A stretch of 64,000 nt of DNA from an uncultured bacterium (GTDB taxonomy: Bacteria; Chloroflexota; UBA5177; JANWHV01): positions 1 through 64,000 of the forward strand of contig CAWHAE010000019.1 in the NCBI GenBank assembly GCA_963827235.1, in the 5' to 3' direction. Every line of letters begins with the position of its first letter. Positions within the stretch are counted from its first letter, which is position 1. A program made the position numbers and the translations under genes. Positions 1 through 9,668 of the stretch are shown here, in pieces. A model generated the notes under the pieces. That model saw only the letters and a list, made by a program, of their open reading frames with translations. It was not told where the DNA came from and searched no databases.

Positions 1-63
1 CTCGGCGTCCTCAGTTCTACCGCGATCGAATATGTGCCGGCCGAGCAGGCTCGCGCCAGAGCG

Positions 64-93
64 TTGACATGACGAAATGCGCTGCAGTATTGT
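64..93 (+). promoter_or_regulatory. sigma70-type promoter for the ligase-asnB unit
   Basis: TTGACA (64-69), 18-bp spacer, TATTGT (88-93); lies ~430 nt before the first CDS. Confidence 0.6.
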
Positions 94-525
94 ACGTGAT
101 AGAGTCAGGAAGGCAGTAGACGGCGCCCGGCTTGTTGCCGTGACGGGCAGCGTGGGGAAGTGTGTCGCGCGCAGGTTGCCGGGGAACAGCATTCCGCGTG
201 CAAGGCCCCTGACAGGAGACCCGATGGCAAGTATTCGGAGCTCCCTTACCGGAGTAGTGTTCGCCGCGCACGCCCGGCAGTGCTTGCTCACACCGATGAG
301 CCCACGGGGAGCGAGCCTGCGCGTAGCGCTCTCCACACAGCCATGTCGGTTGGCTCGCCTGAGCCCGGACTGCATGGTCGGAAGAGATCTGGAAGGCGCA
401 CCCTGCGGCTGAGCGACGGCGCGACGCTGAGAGCCTGGTGGTGAATCGACACCCAGCCGGGGGAAGGCTGCACAGCCGGCAATCGGCCGGAACGGCAGTG
501 AGTTGAGAAGGTGGGTGGCCCGGCG

Positions 526-2091
526 ATGCTGGTACAGGGCTGGCTTACGTCGAGCGCGAGCAGATTTCCAGACAAGGTCGCCTTGGTCTGCGAGGGCCGG
601 CGACTGTCTTACGCCGATCTGGAACAGCGTTCGAGACGGCTGGCGGCAGGCCTCGTGGCCGCGGGCGTGAAGCCGCGGGACCGGGTGGCCATCTTCCTGG
701 AGAACTCGGTCGAGGCCGTCGTGGCCGTGTTCGGATCCCTGCACGCCGGCGCAGTGTTCTCCATGATCAATCCCAGCACCAAAGTGGAGAAGCTCGCCTT
801 CATGCTCCAGGACGAGCGTCCGCAGGCACTCGTCGCATCCGGTGCGGAGCCCCGCGGCACCGTGGCTGCCGAGGCGGCGCGCCAGGCGTCGATACCGCTG
901 GTAGTCTGGCTTGGCACCTCGCGGCAGGACGCGCCTCCGTCCGATCAGGTGTGGCGCGACTTCGAGGACCTGGCGGCCCAGGACGGCATCCCGGCCATCG
1001 AAGAATCTGTGACCGAGGAAGACCTCGCTACCATTATCTACACTTCGGGCAGTACCGGCAGGCCCAAAGGAGTGATGTCTACGCACGCGAACGTCACCTT
1101 TGCCGCCACCTCGATCAGCAGTTACCTGGGCATCGTGGCCGAGGATCGCATCCTGTGTGCGCTGCCTCTTGCCTTCGACTATGGCCTCTACCAGCTGATC
1201 ATGGTGGTTCGGGCAGGGGCGACTCTGGTGCTGGAGAAGAACTTCGTTTTTCCGGTCAAGGCCCTGGAGATCATGGAGCGCGAGCACGTGACCGGCTTCC
1301 CCGGTGTGCCGACCATGTTTGCCCTGTTGTTGAGCTTGAAGGACATCCGCAGGTTCGACCTGAGCTCTCTGCGATTCATCACCAACACGGCCGCGGCCCT
1401 GCCGGTGAGTCACATCGCTGCCGTGAGAGAGGCGTTGCCGCATGCCACACTGTTCTCCATGTACGGGCTTACCGAATGCAAGAGAGTGTCTTACCTCCCT
1501 CCGGAGGAGTTGGACCGGCGTCCCGGCTCGGTCGGCGTCGCCATCCCTGGTACGCGTGTGGAAATTGTCGACGACGAGGGCCGCGCCCTCCCGCACGGGC
1601 GGGTAGGGGAGCTGATCGTTCACGGGCCGCACGTCATGCTCGGCTACTGGGAGCGACCTGAGGAGACTGCCCGACGTTTCCGCCGCGATCCCCGGTCGGG
1701 CGAGCGCGTCCTGTATACCGGCGATCTGTTCCGCGCGGACAGCGACGGATACCTGTACTTTGTGGGCAGGAGGGACGACATGCTGAAGTGCCGGGGCGAG
1801 AAGGTCAGTCCGAAGGAGATCGAGGACGCAGTGGCGGCCATGGAGGGCGTGCTCGAAGTGGCCGTGCTCGGCGTGCCCGATGCCGTGCTGGGCGACGCGA
1901 TCTGCCTGTTCGTGGTGCCGAAGCCGGAAGCCGCGATCAGCGCGGGGGCGATCCGTGCCTACTGCGCCGCCCACCTGGAAGACTACATGATGCCCAAGCA
2001 GATTCAGGTCGTCGAGTCGCTGCCGAAAAGCGGGAACGGCAAGGTCGATAAGGAGCAGTTGCGGACATGTGCGGCATTGCCGGCGGGCTGA
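526..2091 (+). CDS. AMP-forming acyl-CoA ligase / adenylation enzyme (class I adenylate-forming family)
   Basis: YTSGSTGRPKG, YGLTE, LYTGD, GRRDD and PKSGNGKVDK motifs; ATG at 526 preferred over GTG 511; overlaps asnB by 25 bp. Confidence 0.93.
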   Translation: MLVQGWLTSSASRFPDKVALVCEGRRLSYADLEQRSRRLAAGLVAAGVKPRDRVAIFLENSVEAVVAVFGSLHAGAVFSMINPSTKVEKLAFMLQDERPQALVASGAEPRGTVAAEAARQASIPLVVWLGTSRQDAPPSDQVWRDFEDLAAQDGIPAIEESVTEEDLATIIYTSGSTGRPKGVMSTHANVTFAATSISSYLGIVAEDRILCALPLAFDYGLYQLIMVVRAGATLVLEKNFVFPVKALEIMEREHVTGFPGVPTMFALLLSLKDIRRFDLSSLRFITNTAAALPVSHIAAVREALPHATLFSMYGLTECKRVSYLPPEELDRRPGSVGVAIPGTRVEIVDDEGRALPHGRVGELIVHGPHVMLGYWERPEETARRFRRDPRSGERVLYTGDLFRADSDGYLYFVGRRDDMLKCRGEKVSPKEIEDAVAAMEGVLEVAVLGVPDAVLGDAICLFVVPKPEAAISAGAIRAYCAAHLEDYMMPKQIQVVESLPKSGNGKVDKEQLRTCAALPAG

Positions 2092-4046
2092 GCCTCGGCA
2101 GCGGGTCGGCACCGTCCATCGACTTGCTGCAGTGCATGCTGGCCGCGTTACGGCATCGAGGCCCCGACGAGGCGGCGATCTACCGTGAGGGGCCGGTCGC
2201 CCTTGGCCACGCGCGCCTGGCGATTATCGACCTGGCCGGCGGGCTGCAGCCTCTGGCCAACGAGAACGAATCGGTCTGGGTCACGGCAAACGGCGAGGTG
2301 TTTAACTACGTCGAGCTCGGCGCTTCATTGCGCGGAGCGGGTCACCAGTTTCGCACGGCGTCGGACTGCGAGGTGCTGGTACACCTGTTCGAGGATAATG
2401 GGCCGGCACTGCTCGATCAGCTGAATGGGCAGTATGCCTTCGCCCTTTGGGATGCAGAGAGCAAGAGCCTGCTACTGGCTCGAGATCGCCTTGGCGTGCG
2501 CCCTCTCTTTTACACGGTGGTCGACGACACGCTCCTGTTCGCCTCGGAGATCAAGGCTTTGCTGGCCGATCCAAGGGTGCCTCGGCGTCCCGACTTTCGC
2601 GCGCTGGACCAGGTATTCACGTTCTGGTCGGCGCTGCCCGGACGCACGATGTTCTCAGATATCTTCGAGGTGCCGGCCGGGCACTACCTGCTGGCGCGCG
2701 CCCACAACACGGAGCTCAGGCAGGAGCGATACTGGACCTTCCCCGGCCCGCCGCTGGAGCCGAGCACCGTGAATGCGGAATACGAGGCAGGGCGCCTGCG
2801 CGCCCTGTTGGCCGACGCGACACGGCTGCGCCTGCGCGCCGATGTGCCGGTCGGCGCCTACCTCAGCGGCGGCCTGGACTCCTCCTCGATCGCCGCCTTG
2901 ATCAGGCGTGATGGCGGCACGAGCCTGGAGACGTTTTCGGTCGCTTTCACGGACCCGGTGTTTGACGAGCGGGCGCACCAGGAGCGGATGGCGCGACACC
3001 TGGGCACCCGGCATCATGTCGTGGAGTGCGGTGCACGGGACATTGCCGCCGTCTTTCCCGAGGTGATCTGGCACTCGGAGACGCCGATTCTGCGCACGGC
3101 ACCGGCGCCGCTCTTCATCCTCTCCGCCCTGGTGCGCAAGCACGGGCTCAAAGTAGTGCTCACGGGCGAGGGCGCGGACGAAGTCCTTGCCGGCTACGAC
3201 ATCTTCAAGGAAGCGCGGATCCGGCGGTTCTGGAGCCGAAAGCCGGACTCTCGTCTTCGCCCACTGCTGCTGCGCCGCCTGTACCCCTGGATGCCCACGT
3301 TGCACGCCGCTTCACCGGCCTACCTGGAGGCGTTCTTCAAGACGGGTTTGGACGAGTCGGGCGATCCGCGGTTCAGCCATCTGCTGCGCTGGCAAGGCAC
3401 GGCTCGCATCAAGCGCTTGTACTCGAGCGATCTGGCGGATGAGCTTGCCGGTCGCGATTGCCTGTCCGATCTGGAGCCTCTGCTTCCTTCGCACCTGCCG
3501 GCGTGGCCTCCGTTGTCGCAGGCACAGTTCCTGGAAGCGACCACATTCCTCACACCATATCTGCTTTCATCGCAGGGCGACCGCATGGCCATGGCGCATG
3601 CCGTCGAGGGCAGGTTCCCGTTTCTGGACCACCGGATCGTCGAATTCAGCATGGCGCTCCCGCCGCGCCTCCGCCTCTCCGGACTGAACGAGAAATACCT
3701 CCTCAAGCGCGCCATGCGTGACCTGCTCCCAACCGAGATCTGCCGGCGTACCAAGCAGCCGTACAGGGCGCCGATCCACGCCGTCTTCGTCGGCCCAGAG
3801 GCACCGCCCTATGCCGAGCGACTACTGGCGCAGGACGCCGTTGCCACGGCCGGTTACTTCAACGCTGCCGCCGTCGCCCGGCTGGTAGCCAAGTGCGCAA
3901 GCGGCAGGCCAATGGGCGAGTTCGACCACATGGCGCTGGTCGGCATTCTCTCGACACAGCTCTGGCACGAGATGTTCATCCGAGACTACCGTGCTCCCGG
4001 TGTCGGCAGCGCCGCCCGTGTTCTGCAGAAGAGCGGTCCACTCTAG
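2067..4046 (+). CDS. asnB: asparagine synthase (glutamine-hydrolysing) family amidotransferase
   Basis: N-terminal MCGIAG (Ntn Cys), HRGPD, RLAIID, NGEVFNY, LSGGLDSS, TGEGADE, RFPFLD. Confidence 0.95.
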   Translation: MCGIAGGLSLGSGSAPSIDLLQCMLAALRHRGPDEAAIYREGPVALGHARLAIIDLAGGLQPLANENESVWVTANGEVFNYVELGASLRGAGHQFRTASDCEVLVHLFEDNGPALLDQLNGQYAFALWDAESKSLLLARDRLGVRPLFYTVVDDTLLFASEIKALLADPRVPRRPDFRALDQVFTFWSALPGRTMFSDIFEVPAGHYLLARAHNTELRQERYWTFPGPPLEPSTVNAEYEAGRLRALLADATRLRLRADVPVGAYLSGGLDSSSIAALIRRDGGTSLETFSVAFTDPVFDERAHQERMARHLGTRHHVVECGARDIAAVFPEVIWHSETPILRTAPAPLFILSALVRKHGLKVVLTGEGADEVLAGYDIFKEARIRRFWSRKPDSRLRPLLLRRLYPWMPTLHAASPAYLEAFFKTGLDESGDPRFSHLLRWQGTARIKRLYSSDLADELAGRDCLSDLEPLLPSHLPAWPPLSQAQFLEATTFLTPYLLSSQGDRMAMAHAVEGRFPFLDHRIVEFSMALPPRLRLSGLNEKYLLKRAMRDLLPTEICRRTKQPYRAPIHAVFVGPEAPPYAERLLAQDAVATAGYFNAAAVARLVAKCASGRPMGEFDHMALVGILSTQLWHEMFIRDYRAPGVGSAARVLQKSGPL

Positions 4047-4065
4047 ATGAGGGGCTGCTGCCTGG

Positions 4066-5043
4066 TCAGAGCGTGAGTACCGCGGATCGCAGGTACTCCG
4101 TGGTGCGTCGCTTCTGCGCGAAATCTCGAAAAGCGCGCTCGACTTGCTCTGGACTGAGTCCCGTCACCTGCGCTGCCTCCTCGCTGCTCACGCCGTGCTC
4201 GCTGGCGAACCAGAGGAGGTCCATGACGCGGAAGGGCAGGCGGAAGAAGAACTCTTCCTGGGTAGAGGGTGCGCTGTACGTATCCGTGGTCGGGGGGCGC
4301 GTGCGAATCACTTCCGGGACGTCAAGGTATTCGGCCAGGGCATAGACCTGAGTCTTGTAAAGATGCACGATGGCGTCGACGTCGACCCCGCCATCGCCAT
4401 GCTTCACGAAGAAGCCCTGGTCTCTCTCGTTCTTGTTGGCGGTCCCGATGACGGCGTAACCGCGCAACTCGGCAAAGTGGTAGAGCATGGTCATGCGCGT
4501 CCGCTGCTTAATGTTGGTGGCGGCGACGATATGCAGATAGACGTCCAGCGGCAGGCGCTTCGTCAGCGTCTCGCCTTCGGGACTGATCACCGTCAACGAG
4601 AAGACGTTGAGCGTGCCCGTCTCGAGCAGTCCGCCGGGTAGACTGATCTTGGCCCGGTAGGTGGAGTCGTACTCTGGAATCAGGCGTTGAATAGCGGCGT
4701 CTCGTCTCCGGTAGCACCCGAAACCTTCGAGGGCAGCGGTGATGTCCTCGGCTTGAAGTGTCACGCCCTCGCGGCGGGCAACCTGGCGCGCCAGCACGGC
4801 ATTCTCCGGGCTTGACTCCTTTTCCTGCAGAAGGAGCGCGCAGACGCGGTCAGACCCGAAGGCGCGCACGCACAGGGCCAGCACGACGGACGAATCCACT
4901 CCGCCGCTCAGGCCGACCACCGCGCCCCTGCGATTGAGCTTGTTCTGGACCGACGAACGCAGGTGGCCGACGATCTGTTCGGTGACCGCGGCCGGGTCAA
5001 TGGCGAGAACATCTGCATCGAAGTGCATGCCGTGGAGTGCCAT
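4066..5043 (-). CDS. nadE: NH3-dependent NAD+ synthase-like N-type ATP pyrophosphatase
   Basis: GLSGGVDSS PP-loop, NIKQRTRM, GFFVKHGDGG, LYKTQVYALA; no glutaminase domain; probably a paralogue rather than the housekeeping copy. Confidence 0.85.
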   Translation of the reverse strand: MALHGMHFDADVLAIDPAAVTEQIVGHLRSSVQNKLNRRGAVVGLSGGVDSSVVLALCVRAFGSDRVCALLLQEKESSPENAVLARQVARREGVTLQAEDITAALEGFGCYRRRDAAIQRLIPEYDSTYRAKISLPGGLLETGTLNVFSLTVISPEGETLTKRLPLDVYLHIVAATNIKQRTRMTMLYHFAELRGYAVIGTANKNERDQGFFVKHGDGGVDVDAIVHLYKTQVYALAEYLDVPEVIRTRPPTTDTYSAPSTQEEFFFRLPFRVMDLLWFASEHGVSSEEAAQVTGLSPEQVERAFRDFAQKRRTTEYLRSAVLTL

Positions 5044-5373
5044 CCCCTTTCGTAGCGAGCAGGCCAGGGATCCGCCGGATTGCCGCCTGGAATCGGCGAC
5101 TCGCCAAGAGTATACGGCATCGCCGAGCGCATCGGTGAATCACCGCCCGTTGAAAGCGCCAGCGACCTGCGCTCCGGGGCATCGCCGGCAGGAAGCTCGG
5201 CCTTCCGCGGTGAAGCGGTCGACGAATCGGCACACACTCGGCGGCGTCGCCGGGAACAGCCGCGCGATCGGGGCTGCGCGGTGAGCAAAAATCCGGCAGA
5301 CCATTTGCGGATTGGTGGCATTGTGCTAGTATCGGGCTGTACCGTAGCGGAAATAGGTTAGGAGGGAACCGCG

Positions 5374-6375
5374 ATGGAGGCGAGGGCAATCTCGTTGCTG
5401 CTCAAGTTCATCGCGCTGACCTGCGTACTGCCGCTTGCCGGCGGCTACTCGCTTGCCGGCGGCCCAGCTGGCGTGGCGGCAAGAACGAGCCCCACGGCCC
5501 TCGATCCCAGCCGTCCCTCGTCTCCCGTGCGACTTGTGTTCATCCATCACTCGACCGGAGAAGCGTGGCTGGCGGATGGTTACGGCAATCTCGGCATCGC
5601 TCTCCGCGACAACAACTACTATGTGAGCGACACCAATTATGGCTGGGGGCCTGTCGCGCCCGGCGGATCGGGCATAGGAAGCTACACCGATATAGGGAAC
5701 TGGTGGGAGTGGTTCAGAAGCCCGCGCAGCAGCACCTACCTTAACGCACTCTACGCAACCTCGGCACACAACGCGCCGTACTCACGCATGACGACGCCGG
5801 TGCCGGGCGCCAACCAGATTATCATGTTCAAGTCGTGCTTCCCGAATTCAGGGCTGAAGGGCAAGCCCGGGGACCCCATCCCGGCCATCGGCAGTAACCT
5901 CTTGCGCGGTCGCGATTCCTCCTCGGCGTATCACACCGTCGCCAACGCGAAGGGAATCTACCTTGATCTCCTCAACTACTTCCGCACGCGTCAGGACAAG
6001 CTGTTTATCCTGATCACCGCGCCTCCCCTGATCGACCCGACCTACGCCACGAACGCGCGAGCACTCAACCAGTGGCTCATGAGCGACTACCTGAAGAACT
6101 ACCCGTACAGGAACGTGTTCGTGTTCGACTACTACAATGTGTTGACCACGAACGGCGGCAACGCCAACACCAACGACCTCGGCTCGAGCACAGGCAATCA
6201 TCATCGGTGGTGGAACGGTGCCATCCAGCACCGGGTGGCGGGCAATCACGACGTGTCGGCCTACCCGACCAGCGACGATCATCCTTCGGCAGCCGGCGAT
6301 CAGAAGGCCACGGCAGAGTTCCTTCCTTTGTTGAACATCGCCTACAACCAATGGAGATCGTCGACGAGAAGCTGA
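5374..6375 (+). CDS. secreted hypothetical protein, possible SGNH-like esterase/acyltransferase
   Basis: Strong SD AGGAGG; N-terminal signal peptide; LVFIHHSTG, MFKSCFPNS, VFVFDYY and C-terminal DDHPSAAG; function inferred. Confidence 0.75.
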   Translation: MEARAISLLLKFIALTCVLPLAGGYSLAGGPAGVAARTSPTALDPSRPSSPVRLVFIHHSTGEAWLADGYGNLGIALRDNNYYVSDTNYGWGPVAPGGSGIGSYTDIGNWWEWFRSPRSSTYLNALYATSAHNAPYSRMTTPVPGANQIIMFKSCFPNSGLKGKPGDPIPAIGSNLLRGRDSSSAYHTVANAKGIYLDLLNYFRTRQDKLFILITAPPLIDPTYATNARALNQWLMSDYLKNYPYRNVFVFDYYNVLTTNGGNANTNDLGSSTGNHHRWWNGAIQHRVAGNHDVSAYPTSDDHPSAAGDQKATAEFLPLLNIAYNQWRSSTRS

Positions 6376-6454
6376 TCCAGCGTCGCCGCGGCCTCGCCTT
6401 CACGGGCCGGAGCCCGCTGCTTGCCGGGCGCGCCCCAACCTTGGTACACCTGAT

Positions 6455-7189
6455 GTGCGGCAGTTCACGTATGATGCGGAGTTACCGTTGCCTTTGTCGC
6501 GAGCGTCAAGCACAGGGGCCGATGTTTTCGTGCCTCCGCCGTCCCACCCGGGCTACGATGTCCTCAAGCGCGTGCTCGACGTAACGATTGCGGCGTCCGC
6601 GCTGGTGGTATTCTCGCCGATTTGGCTGGTGCTTGGCTGCGCAGTGAAGCTGACGTCGCCCGGTCCGGTTCTCTTCACGCGCACCGTCGTGGGACGCCGC
6701 GGCCGGCGATTTACCTACTTCAAGTACCGCACCATGCGGCACAACAACGACGACAGCGCGCATCTGGCTTTTCTGCAGGGGTACGTAAAGGAAGACCGCC
6801 CGTTCGCCGTGGAGGTGGACGAACGCACGGGGAAGGAGAAGCCCGTCTTCAAGGTGGTGAACGACTCGCGCGTTACGCGAGTGGGAAGGCTGCTGCGGAA
6901 GACCAGCCTGGACGAGATCCCGCAGCTCATCAATGTGCTTCGCGGCGAGATGAGCATTGTGGGACCGCGGCCGCCAATCGAGTACGAGTATGGGCTGTAT
7001 GACGAGAAGACCAAGGCCCGGCTGGCCGTGTTGCCCGGGATCACGGGGTGGGCGCAGGTCAAGGGTCGAGGCAACACCTCCTTTGCCGGAATGTGCGCAC
7101 TGGATCTGGAGTACATCCGGCGTCGCTCGGTCGCCTTCGATCTGAAGATCATGTTTGTCACGGCAGGGGTGATGGTCAAGGGAGCCTAG
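6455..7189 (+). CDS. priming sugar transferase (bacterial sugar transferase family)
   Basis: KRVLDV, SPGPVLF, FKYRTM, DSRVTRVGRLLRKTSLDEIPQLINVLRGEMSIVGPRP, PGITGWAQV. Confidence 0.95.
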   Translation: MRQFTYDAELPLPLSRASSTGADVFVPPPSHPGYDVLKRVLDVTIAASALVVFSPIWLVLGCAVKLTSPGPVLFTRTVVGRRGRRFTYFKYRTMRHNNDDSAHLAFLQGYVKEDRPFAVEVDERTGKEKPVFKVVNDSRVTRVGRLLRKTSLDEIPQLINVLRGEMSIVGPRPPIEYEYGLYDEKTKARLAVLPGITGWAQVKGRGNTSFAGMCALDLEYIRRRSVAFDLKIMFVTAGVMVKGA

Positions 7190-7292
7190 CGGCGAAGTCC
7201 ATCCACGATGAACCGTAAGGCCGCTAGGCAGCCGAGCGCAGGTTGGCCGGCGTCCGCGGGATGGGCGATTGGCCGCTATCATGAGGGGTCGG

Positions 7293-8444
7293 ATGAGAAT
7301 CCTGGTAACCGGCGGTGCCGGCTTCATTGGCTCGCACACCGTAGACTTGCTTCTGGCACGCGGGTACGACGTTCGCATCCTTGACGCGCTGCGGCCACCG
7401 GTTCATGTTCCGGGACGGATACCGGCTTATGTGCCTCCCGAGGCAGAATTCATCCACGGCGACGTGCGCGATCGAGACGTGTTCCTGTCGGCGTTGCGCG
7501 GCGTGGATGGCGTCATCCACCTGGCCGCATACCAGGACTATCTCACCGACTTCTCCACCTTCTTCCACATCAACACCGTGGGCACGGCACTGCTGTACGA
7601 GCTGGTCGTGGCCGAGAAGCTGCCGATCGCCAAGGTGGTGGTCGCTTCGTCGCAAGCGACCTACGGCGAGGCCAAGTATCGCTGCGACGGCCCGACCTGT
7701 GCGCGGGAGGCTCGGGGGGAGAGCGACCTCTTTCGCTATCCGGATCTTCGGCCGGAGAGCCAGCTGCAAAGGCGCGAATGGGAACCCCTGTGCGGCCTCT
7801 GCGGATCGGTGCTCAGACCGGTGTGGACGGACGAGGCGCACGTCAAGCCGCACAATCAGTACGCGGTTAGCAAGTACACGCAGGAGCTGGTAGCGCTGAA
7901 CCTCGGCCGCCGCTACGGCATACCCACCGTGTGCATGCGGTACTCCATCGTGCAAGGAGCGCGGCAGAGCTTCACCAACGCCTACTCGGGGGTGCTGCGC
8001 ATTTTCAGCACGCGCATGCTGTTTGGCAAGTCGCCGGTGGCTTACGAGGACGGCGGCCAGTTGAGAGACTACGTCTACGTGGGCGACGTGGCGGCAGCCA
8101 ATCTCCTGGCGCTCGAGGACCACAGGGCAGAGTTCCGCTCCTTTAATGTCGGGGGCGGACACAAGATGACCGTGCTGGAGTTCGGCGGGCTGGTGGCCAG
8201 GTCGGTGGGCAAGGATATCCGGCCGGTAACTCCCGGGCAGTATCGTTTCGGTGACACACGCCACGTGTTCTCCGACGTCAGTGCTCTGAAGTCGCTTGGC
8301 TGGGCGACCACGAAGTCGCCGCAGGCAGTCGTCGACGAGTACGTTGCCTGGGCTGCCAATCATCCCGACTTGCGGGACACGTACGAAGAGGCGGAGCGAG
8401 TCATGCTTAGCGTCGGGACCGTGCGGCAGACGGAAGGTGCATAG
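7293..8444 (+). CDS. NAD-dependent epimerase/dehydratase (WbiB-like subfamily with Cys-rich insert)
   Basis: MRILVTGGAGFIGSH, YAVSK (YxxxK), RDYVYVGD, RFGDTRH; insert CDGPTC...CGLCG. Confidence 0.92.
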   Translation: MRILVTGGAGFIGSHTVDLLLARGYDVRILDALRPPVHVPGRIPAYVPPEAEFIHGDVRDRDVFLSALRGVDGVIHLAAYQDYLTDFSTFFHINTVGTALLYELVVAEKLPIAKVVVASSQATYGEAKYRCDGPTCAREARGESDLFRYPDLRPESQLQRREWEPLCGLCGSVLRPVWTDEAHVKPHNQYAVSKYTQELVALNLGRRYGIPTVCMRYSIVQGARQSFTNAYSGVLRIFSTRMLFGKSPVAYEDGGQLRDYVYVGDVAAANLLALEDHRAEFRSFNVGGGHKMTVLEFGGLVARSVGKDIRPVTPGQYRFGDTRHVFSDVSALKSLGWATTKSPQAVVDEYVAWAANHPDLRDTYEEAERVMLSVGTVRQTEGA

Positions 8445-8481
8445 CCGGAAGGCACCGATTTCTCAGGTAACACGGAGGACT

Positions 8482-9612
8482 CTATCGGCGAGCGCGTGGC
8501 GTTCCCGCAGGCATGGCGAGCGCTGAGTAGACGTCGCCCACGGCTTCCGCGACGTCCTCCCACGTCTCATGCGTCTGAATGCGTGCGGCCGCTCGACGGC
8601 CCAGGTCGACTCGTAGAGGTGCATCGGCAAGGAGCGCCAGCAATTGCCGGCGCAGTGCGGCAGCGTCCGTGGGCGGGGCGTACAGCCCGCTGTCTCCGAG
8701 GACCTCTCGCAGCTCGGGAATATCTCCCGCCACGATGCAACACCCGTATGCCATGGCATCCAGCAGGGTGAGGGGGATCCCTTCGCGCGTTGAAGGTTGC
8801 ACGTAGACGGTAGCCTTGGTGTAGAGCTGATGCAGAGCCGGGCCGTAGACGTAGCCTAAGAGGTGAACGTTCGGCGGGGCGCTTTGCTGGAGCTCTTCGA
8901 CGTAGGCATCCGTGTGCTTCGAGCCCCCGGCCACGTACACCTCGACCGGCACAGGAAAATCCTTGACTGCCTCGATGAGTACGTGGCATCCCTTCTCCGG
9001 CACCAGGCGGCCCACGAAGAGGATGCTCGGCATCGCACCACCTGCCGTCTGAGCATACGATGCCGCATCAGTCGGAGGCGTGATCCCCTGACCGATGAAT
9101 CGTGTGCGACGATGAAGGGCACTCCAGTAGTATTGTTCGAGCGTGCGGCTGATCACGAGTACCTCGTGCGCGCTGCGCGCCGTCACATGCTCGGCAACTC
9201 TGAAGAATTGGCGAGCCACCGGACCCCATTTCCCACCTTTCCACTCCTGGTTGTGTACCTGCACGACGACCTTGCGGCGAAAGAGCCTGGGAATCCAGGC
9301 CAGGAAGCCCGGACCGATACTGTGGAAATGAAAGATGTCAACGCCGGTCACCAGTCCGTGCATGATGGAAACGAAGGTATGGCTGATCGTGTCGGTGTGC
9401 TTCCGATTCCACGAAGGAAGCCGCACGAGGCGCATGCCACGGTACGACTGGCGCGCGCACGATGCAGGCGTGTAATGATTGCGGCAATACACGACCACGT
9501 CGTAGCCGTGGTCCGCCAGGCGGGCGCCGAGCTCTTCGGTCACGCGCTCGACGCCACCGTAGGTGGCAGGCACGCCTAGCAGGCCAAGCATCGCGACTTT
9601 CAGTTGACGCAT
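8482..9612 (-). CDS. glycosyltransferase family 4
   Basis: YGGVE, FVGRLVPEKG, EGIPLTLLDAMAYG. Confidence 0.93.
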   Translation of the reverse strand: MRQLKVAMLGLLGVPATYGGVERVTEELGARLADHGYDVVVYCRNHYTPASCARQSYRGMRLVRLPSWNRKHTDTISHTFVSIMHGLVTGVDIFHFHSIGPGFLAWIPRLFRRKVVVQVHNQEWKGGKWGPVARQFFRVAEHVTARSAHEVLVISRTLEQYYWSALHRRTRFIGQGITPPTDAASYAQTAGGAMPSILFVGRLVPEKGCHVLIEAVKDFPVPVEVYVAGGSKHTDAYVEELQQSAPPNVHLLGYVYGPALHQLYTKATVYVQPSTREGIPLTLLDAMAYGCCIVAGDIPELREVLGDSGLYAPPTDAAALRRQLLALLADAPLRVDLGRRAAARIQTHETWEDVAEAVGDVYSALAMPAGTPRARR

Positions 9613-9668
9613 CGCAGGCCCTTAGGTGCTGAGCCGTGGAGTAGACGGGACCGGGGAGGGCAGTTTCA

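Noticed and set aside
224-412. 62-aa ORF with AGGAG SD as a RiPP/lasso precursor for AsnB
   Set aside because: No lasso leader/core pattern and no B protein or RRE; AsnB has an intact Ntn glutaminase; SD and ATG fall inside predicted RNA stems
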